Counted from the first letter of the stretch, positions 25,201 through 40,700 are shown. The stretch is 64,000 nucleotides of DNA from the human T2T-CHM13v2.0 reference genome, Homo sapiens (GCF_009914755.1 NC_060938.1), one strand, 5' to 3'. Made by a program: numbers and translations. The notes: generated by a model not told the origin, from the sequence alone.

Positions 25201-28200
25201 CAAAGCTGCTCTCTGAAACGGAATGTTCAACTCTATGAGTTGAATGCAAACATCACAAAGACGTTTCTGAGAATGCTTCTGTCTAGATTTGATATGAAGA
25301 TATTCCCGTTTCCAACGAAATCTTCAAATCTATCCAAATGTCCACTTGCAGATTCAACAAAAAGTGTTTTTCAGAACTGCTCTATCAAAAGAAAGATCCA
25401 CCTCTGTTAGCTGAGTTCACACATCACAAACAAGTTTATGAGAATGCTTCTGTCTAGTTTTTATTTGAAGATATTTCCTTTCTCACCATAGAGCTGAAAG
25501 CTGTCCTAATGTTCACTTCCAGATACTACAGAAAGAGTGTTTCAAAACTGCTGTACGAAAGGGAATGTTCAACTCTGTGACTTGAATGCACACATCACAA
25601 AGAAGTTTCTGAGGATGCTGCTGTCTACTTTTTATACGTAATCCCGTTTCCAACGAAATCCTCCAAGCTATCCAAATATCCACTTGCAGATTCCACAGAA
25701 AGACTGTTTCAAAACTGCTCTGTCAATAGAAAGGTTCAACTCTGTTAGCTGCATGCATATATCCCAAAGAAGATTCTGAGATTGCTTCTGTCTAGTTTTT
25801 ATGGGAAGATATTTCCCTTTTCACCGTAGGCGTCAAGGCGCTCCAAATGTCCACTTCCAGATACTACAAAAAGAGTGTTTCAAACCTACTCTGTGAAAGG
25901 GAATATTCAACTCTGTGACTTGAATGCACATATCACAAGGAAGTTTCTGAGAATGCTTCTGTCGAGATTTTATATGAAGATATTCCCGTTTCCAACGAAA
26001 TCCTGAAATGTATCCAAATATCCCCTTGCAGATTCTACAAAAAGAGTGTTTCTAAACTGCTCTGTAAAAAGAAAGGTTCAACTCTGTTAGTTGAGTACAC
26101 ACATCACAAACAAGTTTCACACAATGCTTCTTTCTAGCTTGTAGGGGAAGATATTCCCTTTATCACCATGGGCCTCAAACCGTCCGATAAGTCCACTTCC
26201 ATATACTACAAAAAGAGCGTTTCAAACCTGCTCTATGAAAGGCAATGTTCAACTCTGTGACTTGAATGCAGACATCACAGAGCAGTTTCTGAGAATGCTT
26301 CTGTCTAGATTTTATAGGAAGATATTCCCGTTTCCAACGAAATCTTCACAGCTATCCAAATATCCACTTGCAGATTCTACAAAAAGAGTGTATCAAAACT
26401 GCTCTGTCAAAAGGAAGGTTCTTCTCTGTTAGGTGAGTGCATACGTCATAAAGGAGTTTCTGAGAATGTTTCTGTCTAGTGGTTATGGGAAGATATTTGC
26501 TTTTTCACCGTAGGCCTCAGAGCGCTCCAAATATCCACTTGCACATACTACAAAAAGAGTGCCTCAAAGCTGCTCTCTGAAACGGAATGTTCAACTCTAT
26601 GAGTTGAATGCAAACATCGCAAAGACGTTTCTGAGAATGCTTCTGTCTAGATTTGATATGAAGATATTCCCGTTTCCAACGAAATCTTCAAATCTATCCA
26701 AATGTCCACTTGCAGATTCAACAAAAAGTGTTTTTCAGAACTGCTCTATCAAAAGAAAGATCCACCTCTGTTAGCTGAGTTCACACATCACAAACAAGTT
26801 TATGAGAATGCTTCTGTCTAGTTTTTATTTGAAGATATTTCCTTTCTCACCATAGAGCTGAAAGCTGTCCTAATGTTCACTTCCAGATACTACAGAAAGA
26901 GTGTTTCAAAACTGCTGTACGAAAGGGAATGTTCAACTATGTGACTTGAATGCACACATCACAAAGAAGTTTCTGAGGATGCTGCTGTCTACTTTTTATA
27001 CGTAATCCCGTTTCCAACGAAATCCTCCAAGCTATCCAAATATCCACTTGCAGATTCCACAGAAAGACTGTTTCAAAACTGCTCTGTCAATAGAAAGGTT
27101 CAACTCTGTTAGCTGCGTGCATATATCCCAAAGAAGATTCTGAGATTGCTTCTGTCTAGTTTTTATGGGAAGATATTTCCCTTTTCACCGTAGGCGTCAA
27201 GGCGCTCCAAATGTCCACTTCCAGATACTACAAAAAGAGTGTTTCAAACCTACTCTGTGAAAGGGAATATTCAACTCTGTGACTTGAATGCACATATCAC
27301 AAAGAAGTTTCTGAGAATGCTTCTGTCGAGATTTTATATGAAGATATTCCCGTTTCCAACGAAATGCTGAAATCTGTCCAAATATCCCCTCGCAGATTCT
27401 ACAAAAAGAGTGTTTCAAAACTGCTCTGTGAAAAGAAAGGTTCAACTCTGTTAGTTGAGTACACACATCACAAACAAGTTTCACAGAATGCTTCTTTCTA
27501 GCTTGTAGGGGAAGATATTCCCTTTATCACCATGGGCCTCCAACCGTCCGAAACATCCACTTCCATATACCACAAAAAGAGCGTTTCAAACCTGCTCTAT
27601 GAAAGGCAATGTTCAACTCTGTGACTTGAATGCAGACATCACAGAGCAGTTTCTGAGAATGCTTCTGTCTAGATTTTATAGGAAGATATTCCCGTTTCCA
27701 ACGAAATCTTCACAGCTATCCAAATATCCACTTGCAGATTCTACAAAAAGAGTGTATCAAAACTGCTCTGTCAAAAGGAAGGTTCTTCTCTGTTAGGTGA
27801 GTGCATACGTCATAAAGGAGTTTCTGAGAATGTTTCTGTCTAGTGGTTATGGGAAGATATTTGCTTTTTCACCGTAGGCCTCAGAGCGCTCCAAATATCC
27901 ACTTGCACATACTACAAAAAGAGTGCTTCAAAGCTGCTCTCTGAAACGGAATGTTCAACTCTATGAGTTGAATGCAAACATCACAAAGACGTTTCTGAGA
28001 ATGCTTCTGTCTAGATTTGATATGAAGATATTCCCGTTTCCAACGAAATCTTCAAATCTATCCAAATGTCCACTTGCAGATTCAACAAAAAGTGTTTTTC
28101 AGAACTGCTCTATCAAAAGAAAGATCCACCTCTGTTAGCTGAGTTCACACATCACAAACAACTTTATGAGAATGCTTCTGTCTAGTTTTTATTTGAAGAT

Positions 28201-28711
28201 ATTTCCTTTCTCACCATAGAGCTGAAAGCTGTCCTAATGTTCACTTCCAGATACTACAGAAAGAGTGTTTCAAAACTGCTGTACGAAAGGGAATGTTCAA
28301 CTCTGTGACTTGAATGCACACATCACAAAGAAGTTTCTGAGGATGCTGCTGTCTACTTTTTATACGTAATCCCGTTTCCAACGAAATCCTCCAAGCTATC
28401 CAAATATCCACTTGCAGATTCCACAGAAAGACTGTTTCAAAACTGCTCTGTCAATAGAAAGGCTCAACTCTGTTAGCTGCATGCATATATCCCAAAGAAG
28501 ATTCTGAGATTGCTTCTGTCTAGTTTTTATGGGAAGATATTTCCCTTTTCACCGTAGGCGTCAAGGCGCTCCAAATGTCCACTTCCAGATACTACAAAAA
28601 GAGTGTTTCAAACCTACTCTGTGAAAGGGAATATTCAACTCTGTGACTTGAATGCACATATCACAAGGAAGTTTCTGAGAATGCTTCTGTCGAGATTTTA
28701 TATGAAGATAT

Positions 28712-28728
28712 TCCCGTTTCCAACGACA
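28712..28728 (-). promoter_or_regulatory. Mutated CENP-B box, core position changed (predicted non-binding)
   Basis: TCCCGTTTCCAACGACA (A>C at 28727) reads TGTCG instead of TTTCG on the minus strand, breaking the nTTCGnnnnAnnCGGGn core. Confidence 0.85.
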
Positions 28729-31700
28729 TCCTGAAATCTATCCAAATATCCCCTTGCAGATTCTACAAAAAGAGTGTTTCAAAACTGCTCTGTAAAAAGA
28801 AAGGTTCAACTCTGTTAGTTGAGTACACACATCACAAACAAGTTTCACACAATGCTTCTTTCTAGCTTGTAGGGGAAGATATTCCCTTTATCACCATGGG
28901 CCTCAAACCGTCCGATAAGTCCACTTCCATATACTACAAAAAGAGCGTTTCAAACCTGCTCTATGAAAGGCAATGTTCAACTCTGTGACTTGAATGCAGA
29001 CATCACAGAGCAGTTTCTGAGAATGCTTCTGTCTAGATTTTATAGGAAGATATTCCCGTTTCCAACGAAATCTTCACAGCTATCCAAATATCCACTTGCA
29101 GATTCTACAAAAAGAGTGTATCAAAACTGCTCTGTCAAAAGGAAGGTTCTTTTCTGTTAGGTGAGTGCATACGTCATAAAGGAGTTTCTGAGAATGTTTC
29201 TGTCTAGTGGTTATGGGAAGATATTTGCTTTTTCACCGTAGGCCTCAGAGCGCTCCAAATATCCACTTGCACATACTACAAAAAGAGTGCCTCAAAGCTG
29301 CTCTCTGAAACGGAATGTTCAACTCTATGAGTTGAATGCAAACATCGCAAAGACGTTTCTGAGAATGCTTCTGTCTAGATTTGATATGAAGATATTCCCG
29401 TTTCCAACGAAATCTTCAAATCTATCCAAATGTCCACTTGCAGATTCAACAAAAAGTGTTTTTCAGAACTGCTCTATCAAAAGAAAGATCCACCTCTGTT
29501 AGCTGAGTTCACACATCACAAACAAGTTTATGAGAATGCTTCTGTCTAGTTTTTATTTGAAGATATTTCCTTTCTCACCATAGAGCTGAAAGCTGTCCTA
29601 ATGTTCACTTCCAGATACTACAGAAAGAGTGTTTCAAAACTGCTGTACGAAAGGGAATGTTCAACTATGTGACTTGAATGCACACATCACAAAGAAGTTT
29701 CTGAGGATGCTGCTGTCTACTTTTTATACGTAATCCCGTTTCCAACGAAATCCTCCAAGCTATCCAAATATCCACTTGCAGATTCCACAGAAAGACTGTT
29801 TCAAAACTGCTCTGTCAATAGAAAGGTTCAACTCTGTTAGCTGCGTGCATATATCCCAAAGAAGATTCTGAGATTGCTTCTGTCTAGTTTTTATGGGAAG
29901 ATATTTCCCTTTTCACCGTAGGCGTCAAGGCGCTCCAAATGTCCACTTCCAGATACTACAAAAAGAGTGTTTCAAACCTACTCTGTGAAAGGGAATATTC
30001 AACTCTGTGACTTGAATGCACATATCACAAGGAAGTTTCTGAGAATGCTTCTGTCGAGATTTTATATGAAGATATTCCCGTTTCCAACGAAATCCTGAAA
30101 TCTATCCAAATATCCCCTTGCAGATTCTACAAAAAGAGTGTTTCAAAACTGCTCTGTAAAAAGAAAGGTTCAACTCTGTTAGTTGAGTACACACATCACA
30201 AACAAGTTTCACAGAATGCTTCTTTCTAGCTTGTAGGGGAAGATATTCCCTTTATCACCATGGGCCTCAAACCGTCCGATAAGTCCACTTCCATATACTA
30301 CAAAAAGAGCGTTTCAAACCTGCTCTATGAAAGGCAATGTTCAACTCTGTGACTTGAATGCAGACATCACAGAGCAGTTTCTGAGAATGCTTCTGTCTAG
30401 ATTTTATAGGAAGATATTCCCGTTTCCAACGAAATCTTCACAGCTATCCAAATATCCACTTGCAGATTCTACAAAAAGAGTGTATCAAAACTGCTCTGTC
30501 AAAAGGAAGGTTCTTCTCTGTTAGGTGAGTGCATACGTCATAAAGGAGTTTCTGAGAATGTTTCTGTCTAGTGGTTATGGGAAGATATTTGCTTTTTCAC
30601 CGTAGGCCTCAGAGCGCTCCAAATATCCACTTGCACATACTACAAAAAGAGTGCCTCAAAGCTGCTCTCTGAAACGGAATGTTCAACTCTATGAGTTGAA
30701 TGCAAACATCGCAAAGACGTTTCTGAGAATGCTTCTGTCTAGATTTGATATGAAGATATTCCCGTTTCCAACGAAATCTTCAAATCTATCCAAATGTCCA
30801 CTTGCAGATTCAACAAAAAGTGTTTTTCAGAACTGCTCTATCAAAAGAAAGATCCACCTCTGTTAGCTGAGTTCACACATCACAAACAAGTTTATGAGAA
30901 TGCTTCTGTCTAGTTTTTATTTGAAGATATTTCCTTTCTCACCATAGAGCTGAAAGCTGTCCTAATGTTCACTTCCAGATACTACAGAAAGAGTGTTTCA
31001 AAACTGCTGTACGAAAGGGAATGTTCAACTATGTGACTTGAATGCACACATCACAAAGAAGTTTCTGAGGATGCTGCTGTCTACTTTTTATACGTAATCC
31101 CGTTTCCAACGAAATCCTCCAAGCTATCCAAATATCCACTTGCAGATTCCACAGAAAGACTGTTTCAAAACTGCTCTGTCAATAGAAAGGTTCAACTCTG
31201 TTAGCTGCGTGCATATATCCCAAAGAAGATTCTGAGATTGCTTCTGTCTAGTTTTTATGGGAAGATATTTCCCTTTTCACCGTAGGCGTCAAGGCGCTCC
31301 AAATGTCCACTTCCAGATACTACAAAAAGAGTGTTTCAAACCTACTCTGTGAAAGGGAATATTCAACTCTGTGACTTGAATGCACATATCACAAAGAAGT
31401 TTCTGAGAATGCTTCTGTCGAGATTTTATATGAAGATATTCCCGTTTCCAACGAAATGCTGAAATCTATCCAAATATCCCCTCGCAGATTCTACAAAAAG
31501 AGTGTTTCAAAACTGCTCTGTGAAAAGAAAGGTTCAACTCTGTTAGTTGAGTACACACATCACAAACAAGTTTCACAGAATGCTTCTTTCTAGCTTGTAG
31601 GGGAAGATATTCCCTTTATCACCATGGGCCTCCAACCGTCCGAAACATCCACTTCCATATACTACAAAAAGAGCGTTTCAAACCTGCTCTATGAAAGGCA

Positions 31701-34700
31701 ATGTTCAACTCTGTGACTTGAATGCAGACATCACAGAGCAGTTTCTGAGAATGCTTCTGTCTAGATTTTATAGGAAGATATTCCCGTTTCCAACGAAATC
31801 TTCACAGCTATCCAAATATCCACTTGCAGATTCTACAAAAAGAGTGTATCAAAACTGCTCTGTCAAAAGGAAGGTTCTTCTCTGTTAGGTGAGTGCATAC
31901 GTCATAAAGGAGTTTCTGAGAATGTTTCTGTCTAGTGGTTATGGGAAGATATTTGCTTTTTCACCGTAGGCCTCAGAGCGCTCCAAATATCCACTTGCAC
32001 ATACTACAAAAAGAGTGCTTCAAAGCTGCTCTCTGAAACGGAATGTTCAACTCTATGAGTTGAATGCAAACATCACAAAGACGTTTCTGAGAATGCTTCT
32101 GTCTAGATTTGATATGAAGATATTCCCGTTTCCAACGAAATCTTCAAATCTATCCAAATGTCCACTTGCAGATTCAACAAAAAGTGTTTTTCAGAACTGC
32201 TCTATCAAAAGAAAGATCCACCTCTGTTAGCTGAGTTCACACATCACAAACAAGTTTATGAGAATGCTTCTGTCTAGTTTTTATTTGAAGATATTTCCTT
32301 TCTCACCATAGAGCTGAAAGCTGTCCTAATGTTCACTTCCAGATACTACAGAAAGAGTGTTTCAAAACTGCTGTACGAAAGGGAATGTTCAACTCTGTGA
32401 CTTGAATGCACACATCACAAAGAAGTTTCTGAGGATGCTGCTGTCTACTTTTTATACGTAATCCCGTTTCCAACGAAATCCTCCAAGCTATCCAAATATC
32501 CACTTGCAGATTCCACAGAAAGACTGTTTCAAAACTGCTCTGTCAATAGAAAGGTTCAACTCTGTTAGCTGCATGCATATATCCCAAAGAAGATTCTGAG
32601 ATTGCTTCTGTCTAGTTTTTATGGGAAGATATTTCCCTTTTCACCGTAGGCGTCAAGGCGCTCCAAATGTCCACTTCCAGATACTACAAAAAGAGTGTTT
32701 CAAACCTACTCTGTGAAAGGGAATATTCAACTCTGTGACTTGAATGCACATATCACAAGGAAGTTTCTGAGAATGCTTCTGTCGAGATTTTATATGAAGA
32801 TATTCCCGTTTCCAACGAAATCCTGAAATCTATCCAAATATCCCCTTGCAGATTCTACAAAAAGAGTGTTTCAAAACTGCTCTGTAAAAAGAAAGGTTCA
32901 ACTCTGTTAGTTGAGTACACACATCACAAACAAGTTTCACAGAATGCTTCTTTCTAGCTTGTAGGGGAAGATATTCCCTTTATCACCATGGGCCTCCAAC
33001 CGTCCGATAAGTCCACTTCCATATACTACAAAAAGAGCGTTTCAAACCTGCTCTATGAAAGGCAATGTTCAACTCTGTGACTTGAATGCAGACATCACAG
33101 AGCAGTTTCTGAGAATGCTTCTGTCTAGATTTTATAGGAAGATATTCCCGTTTCCAACGAAATCTTCACAGCTATCCAAATATCCACTTGCAGATTCTAC
33201 AAAAAGAGTGTATCAAAACTGCTCTGTCAAAAGGAAGGTTCTTTTCTGTTAGGTGAGTGCATACGTCATAAAGGAGTTTCTGAGAATGTTTCTGTCTAGT
33301 GGTTATGGGAAGATATTTGCTTTTCCACCGTAGGCCTCAGAGCGCTCCAAATATCCACTTGCACATACTACAAAAAGAGTGCCTCAAAGCTGCTCTCTGA
33401 AACGGAATGTTCAACTCTATGAGTTGAATGCAAACATCGCAAAGACGTTTCTGAGAATGCTTCTGTCTAGATTTGATATGAAGATATTCCCGTTTCCAAC
33501 GAAATCTTCAAATCTATCCAAATGTCCACTTGCAGATTCAACAAAAAGTGTTTTTCAGAACTGCTCTATCAAAAGAAAGATCCACCTCTGTTAGCTGAGT
33601 TCACACATCACAAACAAGTTTATGAGAATGCTTCTGTCTAGTTTTTATTTGAAGATATTTCCTTTCTCACCATAGAGCTGAAAGCTGTCCTAATGTTCAC
33701 TTCCAGATACTACAGAAAGAGTGTTTCAAAACTGCTGTACGAAAGGGAATGTTCAACTCTGTGACTTGAATGCACACATCACAAAGAAGTTTCTGAGGAT
33801 GCTGCTGTCTACTTTTTATACGTAATCCCGTTTCCAACGAAATCCTCCAAGCTATCCAAATATCCACTTGCAGATTCCACAGAAAGACTGTTTCAAAACT
33901 GCTCTGTCAATAGAAAGGTTCAACTCTGTTAGCTGCGTGCATATATCCCAAAGAAGATTCTGAGATTGCTTCTGTCTAGTTTTTATGGGAAGATATTTCC
34001 CTTTTCACCGTAGGCGTCAAGGCGCTCCAAATGTCCACTTCCAGATACTACAAAAAGAGTGTTTCAAACCTACTCTGTGAAAGGGAATATTCAACTCTGT
34101 GACTTGAATGCACATATCACAAAGAAGTTTCTGAGAATGCTTCTGTCGAGATTTTATATGAAGATATTCCCGTTTCCAACGAAATGCTGAAATCTATCCA
34201 AATATCCCCTCGCAGATTCTACAAAAAGAGTGTTTCAAAACTGCTCTGTGAAAAGAAAGGTTCAACTCTGTTAGTTGAGTACACACATCACAAACAAGTT
34301 TCACAGAATGCTTCTTTCTAGCTTGTAGGGGAAGATATTCCCTTTATCACCATGGGCCTCCAACCGTCCGAAACATCCACTTCCATATACTACAAATGAG
34401 CGTTTCAAACCTGCTCTATGAAAGGCAATGTTCAACTCTGTGACTTGAATGCAGACATCACAGAGCAGTTTCTGAGAATGCTTCTGTCTAGATTTTATAG
34501 GAAGATATTCCCGTTTCCAACGAAATCTTCACAGCTATCCAAATATCCACTTGCAGATTCTACAAAAAGAGTGTATCAAAACTGCTCTGTCAAAAGGAAG
34601 GTTCTTCTCTGTTAGGTGAGTGCATACGTCATAAAGGAGTTTCTGAGAATGTTTCTGTCTAGTGGTTATGGGAAGATATTTGCTTTTTCACCGTAGGCCT

Positions 34701-37700
34701 CAGACGGCTCCAAATATCCACTTGCACATACTACAAAAAGAGTGCCTCAAAGCTGCTCTCTGAAACGGAATGTTCAACTCTATGAGTTGAATGCAAACAT
34801 CACAAAGACGTTTCTGAGAATGCTTCTGTCTAGATTAGATATGAAGATATTCCCGTTTCCAACGAAATCTTCAAATCTATCCAAATGTCCACTTGCAGAT
34901 TCAACAAAAAGTGTTTTTCAGAACTGCTCTATCAAAAGAAAGATCCACCTCTGTTAGCTGAGTTCACACATCACAAACAAGTTTATGAGAATGCTTCTGT
35001 CTAGTTTTTATTTGAAGATATTTCCTTTCTCACCATAGAGCTGAAAGCTGTCCTAATGTTCACTTCCAGATACTACAGAAAGAGTGTTTCAAAACTGCTG
35101 TACGAAAGGGAATGTTCAACTCTGTGACTTGAATGCACACATCACAAAGAAGTTTCTGAGGATGCTGCTGTCTACTTTTTATACGTAATCCCGTTTCCAA
35201 CGAAATCCTCCAAGCTATCCAAATATCCACTTGCAGATTCCACAGAAAGACTGTTTCAAAACTGCTCTGTCAATAGAAAGGTTCAACTCTGTTAGCTGCG
35301 TGCATATATCCCAAAGAAGATTCTGAGATTGCTTCTGTCTAGTTTTTATGGGAAGATATTTCCCTTTTCACCGTAGGCGTCAAGGCGCTCCAAATGTCCA
35401 CTTCCAGATACTACAAAAAGAGTGTTTCAAACCTACTCTGTGAAAGGGAATATTCAACTCTGTGACTTGAATGCACATATCACAAAGAAGTTTCTGAGAA
35501 TGCTTCTGTCGAGATTTTATATGAAGATATTCCCGTTTCCAACGAAATGCTGAAATCTATCCAAATATCCCCTCGCAGATTCTACAAAAAGAGTGTTTCA
35601 AAACTGCTCTGTGAAAAGAAAGGTTCAACTCTGTTAGTTGAGTACACACATCACAAACAAGTTTCACAGAATGCTTCTTTCTAGCTTGTAGGGGAAGATA
35701 TTCCCTTTATCACCATGGGCCTCCAACCGTCCGAAACATCCACTTCCATATACTACAAAAAGAGCGTTTCAAACCTGCTCTATGAAAGGCAATGTTCAAC
35801 TCTGTGACTTGAATGCAGACATCACAGAGCAGTTTCTGAGAATGCTTCTGTCTAGATTTTATAGGAAGATATGCCCGTTTCCAACGAAATCTTCACAGCT
35901 ATCCAAATATCCACTTGCAGATTCTACAAAAAGAGTGTATCAAAACTGCTCTGTCAAAAGGAAGGTTCTTCTCTGTTAGGTGAGTGCATACGTCATAAAG
36001 GAGTTTCTGAGAATGTTTCTGTCTAGTGGTTATGGGAAGATATTTGCTTTTTCACCGTAGGCCTCAGAGCGCTCCAAATATCCACTTGCACATACTACAA
36101 AAAGAGTGCCTCAAAGCTGCTCTCTGAAACGGAATGTTCAACTCTATGAGTTGAATGCAAACATCACAAAGACGTTTCTGAGAATGCTTCTGTCTAGATT
36201 TGATATGAAGATATTCCCGTTTCCAACGAAATCTTCAAATCTATCCAAATGTCCACTTGCAGATTCAACAAAAAGTGTTTTTCAGAACTGCTCTATCAAA
36301 AGAAAGATCCACCTCTGTTAGCTGAGTTCACACATCACAAACAAGTTTATGAGAATGCTTCTGTCTAGTTTTTATTTGAAGATATTTCCTTTCTCACCAT
36401 AGAGCTGAAAGCTGTCCTAATGTTCACTTCCAGATACTACAGAAAGAGTGTTTCAAAACTGCTGTACGAAAGGGAATGTTCAACTCTGTGACTTGAATGC
36501 ACACATCACAAAGAAGTTTCTGAGGATGCTGCTGTCTACTTTTTATACGTAATCCCGTTTCCAACGAAATCCTCCAAGCTATCCAAATATCCACTTGCAG
36601 ATTCCACAGAAAGACTGTTTCAAAACTGCTCTGTCAATAGAAAGGTTCAACTCTGTTAGCTGCATGCATATATCCCAAAGAAGATTCTGAGATTGCTTCT
36701 GTCTAGTTTTTATGGGAAGATATTTCCCTTTTCACCGTAGGCGTCAAGGCGCTCCAAATGTCCACTTCCAGATACTACAAAAAGAGTGTTTCAAACCTAC
36801 TCTGTGAAAGGGAATATTCAACTCTGTGACTTGAATGCACATATCACAAAGAAGTTTCTGAGAATGCTTCTGTCGAGATTTTATATGAAGATATTCCCGT
36901 TTCCAACGAAATCCTGAAATCTATCCAAATATCCCCTCGCAGATTCTGCAAAAAGAGTGTTTCAAAACTGCTCTGTGAAAAGAAAGGTTCAACTCTGTTA
37001 GTTGAGTACACACATCACAAACAAGTTTCACAGAATGCTTCTTTCTAGCTTGTAGGGGAAGATATTCCCTTTATCACCATGGGCCTCCAACCGTCCGAAA
37101 CATCCACTTCCATATACTACAAAAAGAGCGTTTCAAACCTGCTCTATGAAAGGCAATGTTCAACTCTGTGACTTGAATGCAGACATCACAGAGCAGTTTC
37201 TGAGAATGCTTCTGTCTAGATTTTATAGGAAGATATTCCCGTTTCCAACGAAATCTTCACAGCTATCCAAATATCCACTTGCAGATTCTACAAAAAGAGT
37301 GTATCAAAACTGCTCTGTCAAAAGGAAGGTTCTTCTCTGTTAGGTGAGTGCATACGTCATAAAGGAGTTTCTGAGAATGTTTCTGTCTAGTGGTTATGGG
37401 AAGATATTTGCTTTTTCACCGTAGGCCTCAGAGCGCTCCAAATATCCACTTGCACATACTACAAAAAGAGTGCCTCAAAGCTGCTCTCTGAAACGGAATG
37501 TTCAACTCTATGAGTTGAATGCAAACATCACAAAGACGTTTCTGAGAATGCTTCTGTCTAGATTTGATATGAAGATATTCCCGTTTCCAACGAAATCTTC
37601 AAATCTATCCAAATGTCCACTTGCAGATTCAACAAAAAGTGTTTTTCAGAACTGCTCTATCAAAAGAAAGATCCACCTCTGTTAGCTGAGTTCACACATC

Positions 37701-40700
37701 ACAAACAAGTTTATGAGAATGCTTCTGTCTAGTTTTTATTTGAAGATATTTCCTTTCTCACCATAGAGCTGAAAGCTGTCCTAATGTTCACTTCCAGATA
37801 CTACAGAAAGAGTGTTTCAAAACTGCTGTACGAAAGGGAATGTTCAACTCTGTGACTTGAATGCACACATCACAAAGAAGTTTCTGAGGATGCTGCTGTC
37901 TACTTTTTATACGTAATCCCGTTTCCAACGAAATCCTCCAAGCTATCCAAATATCCACTTGCAGATTCCACAGAAAGACTGTTTCAAAACTGCTCTGTCA
38001 ATAGAAAGGTTCAACTCTGTTAGCTGCATGCATATATCCCAAAGAAGATTCTGAGATTGCTTCTGTCTAGTTTTTATGGGAAGATATTTCCCTTTTCACC
38101 GTAGGCGTCAAGGCGCTCCAAATGTCCACTTCCAGATACTACAAAAAGAGTGTTTCAAACCTACTCTGTGAAAGGGAATATTCAACTCTGTGACTTGAAT
38201 GCACATATCACAAGGAAGTTTCTGAGAATGCTTCTGTCGAGATTTTATATGAAGATATTCCCGTTTCCAACGAAATCCTGAAATGTATCCAAATATCCCC
38301 TTGCAGATTCTACAAAAAGAGTGTTTCAAAACTGCTCTGTAAAAAGAAAGGTTCAACTCTGTTAGTTGAGTACACACATCACAAACAAGTTTCACACAAT
38401 GCTTCTTTCTAGCTTGTAGGGGAAGATATTCCCTTTATCACCATGGGCCTCAAACCGTCCGAAACATCCACTTCCATATACTACAAAAAGAGCGTTTCAA
38501 ACCTGCTCTATGAAAGGCAATGTTCAACTCTGTGACTTGAATGCAGACATCACAGAGCAGTTTCTGAGAATGCTTCTGTCTAGATTTTATAGGAAGATAT
38601 TCCCGTTTCCAACGAAATCTTCACAGCTATCCAAATATCCACTTGCAGATTCTACAAAAAGAGTGTATCAAAACTGCTCTGTCAAAAGGAAGGTTCTTCT
38701 CTGTTAGGTGAGTGCATACGTCATAAAGGAGTTTCTGAGAATGTTTCTGTCTAGTGGTTATGGGAAGATATTTGCTTTTTCACCGTAGGCCTCAGAGCGC
38801 TCCAAATATCCACTTGCACATACTACAAAAAGAGTGCCTCAAAGCTGCTCTCTGAAACGGAATGTTCAACTCTATGAGTTGAATGCAAACATCGCAAAGA
38901 CGTTTCTGAGAATGCTTCTGTCTAGATTTGATATGAAGATATTCCCGTTTCCAACGAAATCTTCAAATCTATCCAAATGTCCACTTGCAGATTCAACAAA
39001 AAGTGTTTTTCAGAACTGCTCTATCAAAAGAAAGATCCACCTCTGTTAGCTGAGTTCACACATCACAAACAAGTTTATGAGAATGCTTCTGTCTAGTTTT
39101 TATTTGAAGATATTTCCTTTCTCACCATAGAGCTGAAAGCTGTCCTAATGTTCACTTCCAGATACTACAGAAAGAGTGTTTCAAAACTGCTGTACGAAAG
39201 GGAATGTTCAACTCTGTGACTTGAATGCACACATCACAAAGAAGTTTCTGAGGATGCTGCTGTCTACTTTTTATACGTAATCCCGTTTCCAACGAAATCC
39301 TCCAAGCTATCCAAATATCCACTTGCAGATTCCACAGAAAGACTGTTTCAAAACTGCTCTGTCAATAGAAAGGTTCAACTCTGTTAGCTGCATGCATATA
39401 TCCCAAAGAAGATTCTGAGATTGCTTCTGTCTAGTTTTTATGGGAAGATATTTCCCTTTTCACCGTAGGCGTCAAGGCGCTCCAAATGTCCACTTCCAGA
39501 TACTACAAAAAGAGTGTTTCAAACCTACTCTGTGAAAGGGAATATTCAACTCTGTGACTTGAATGCACATATCACAAAGAAGTTTCTGAGAATGCTTCTG
39601 TCGAGATTTTATATGAAGATATTCCCGTTTCCAACGAAATGCTGAAATCTATCCAAATATCCCCTCGCAGATTCTACAAAAAGAGTGTTTCAAAACTGCT
39701 CTGTGAAAAGAAAGGTTCAACTCTGTTAGTTGAGTACACACATCACAAACAAGTTTCACAGAATGCTTCTTTCTAGCTTGTAGGGGAAGATATTCCCTTT
39801 ATCACCATGGGCCTCCAACCGTCCGAAACATCCACTTCCATATACTACAAAAAGAGCGTTTCAAACCTGCTCTATGAAAGGCAATGTTCAACTCTGTGAC
39901 TTGAATGCAGACATCACAGAGCAGTTTCTGAGAATGCTTCTGTCTAGATTTTATAGGAAGATATTCCCGTTTCCAACGAAATCTTCACAGCTATCCAAAT
40001 ATCCACTTGCAGATTCTACAAAAAGAGTGTATCAAAACTGCTCTGTCAAAAGGAAGGTTCTTCTCTGTTAGGTGAGTGCATACGTCATAAAGGAGTTTCT
40101 GAGAATGTTTCTGTCTAGTGGTTATGGGAAGATATTTGCTTTTTCACCGTAGGCCTCAGAGCGCTCCAAATATCCACTTGCACATACTACAAAAAGAGTG
40201 CTTCAAAGCTGCTCTCTGAAACGGAATGTTCAACTCTATGAGTTGAATGCAAACATCACAAAGACGTTTCTGAGAATGCTTCTGTCTAGATTTGATATGA
40301 AGATATTCCCGTTTCCAACGAAATCTTCAAATCTATCCAAATGTCCACTTGCAGATTCAACAAAAAGTGTTTTTCAGAACTGCTCTATCAAAAGAAAGAT
40401 CCACCTCTGTTAGCTGAGTTCACACATCACAAACAACTTTATGAGAATGCTTCTGTCTAGTTTTTATTTGAAGATATTTCCTTTCTCACCATAGAGCTGA
40501 AAGCTGTCCTAATGTTCACTTCCAGATACTACAGAAAGAGTGTTTCAAAACTGCTGTACGAAAGGGAATGTTCAACTCTGTGACTTGAATGCACACATCA
40601 CAAAGAAGTTTCTGAGGATGCTGCTGTCTACTTTTTATACGTAATCCCGTTTCCAACGAAATCCTCCAAGCTATCCAAATATCCACTTGCAGATTCCACA

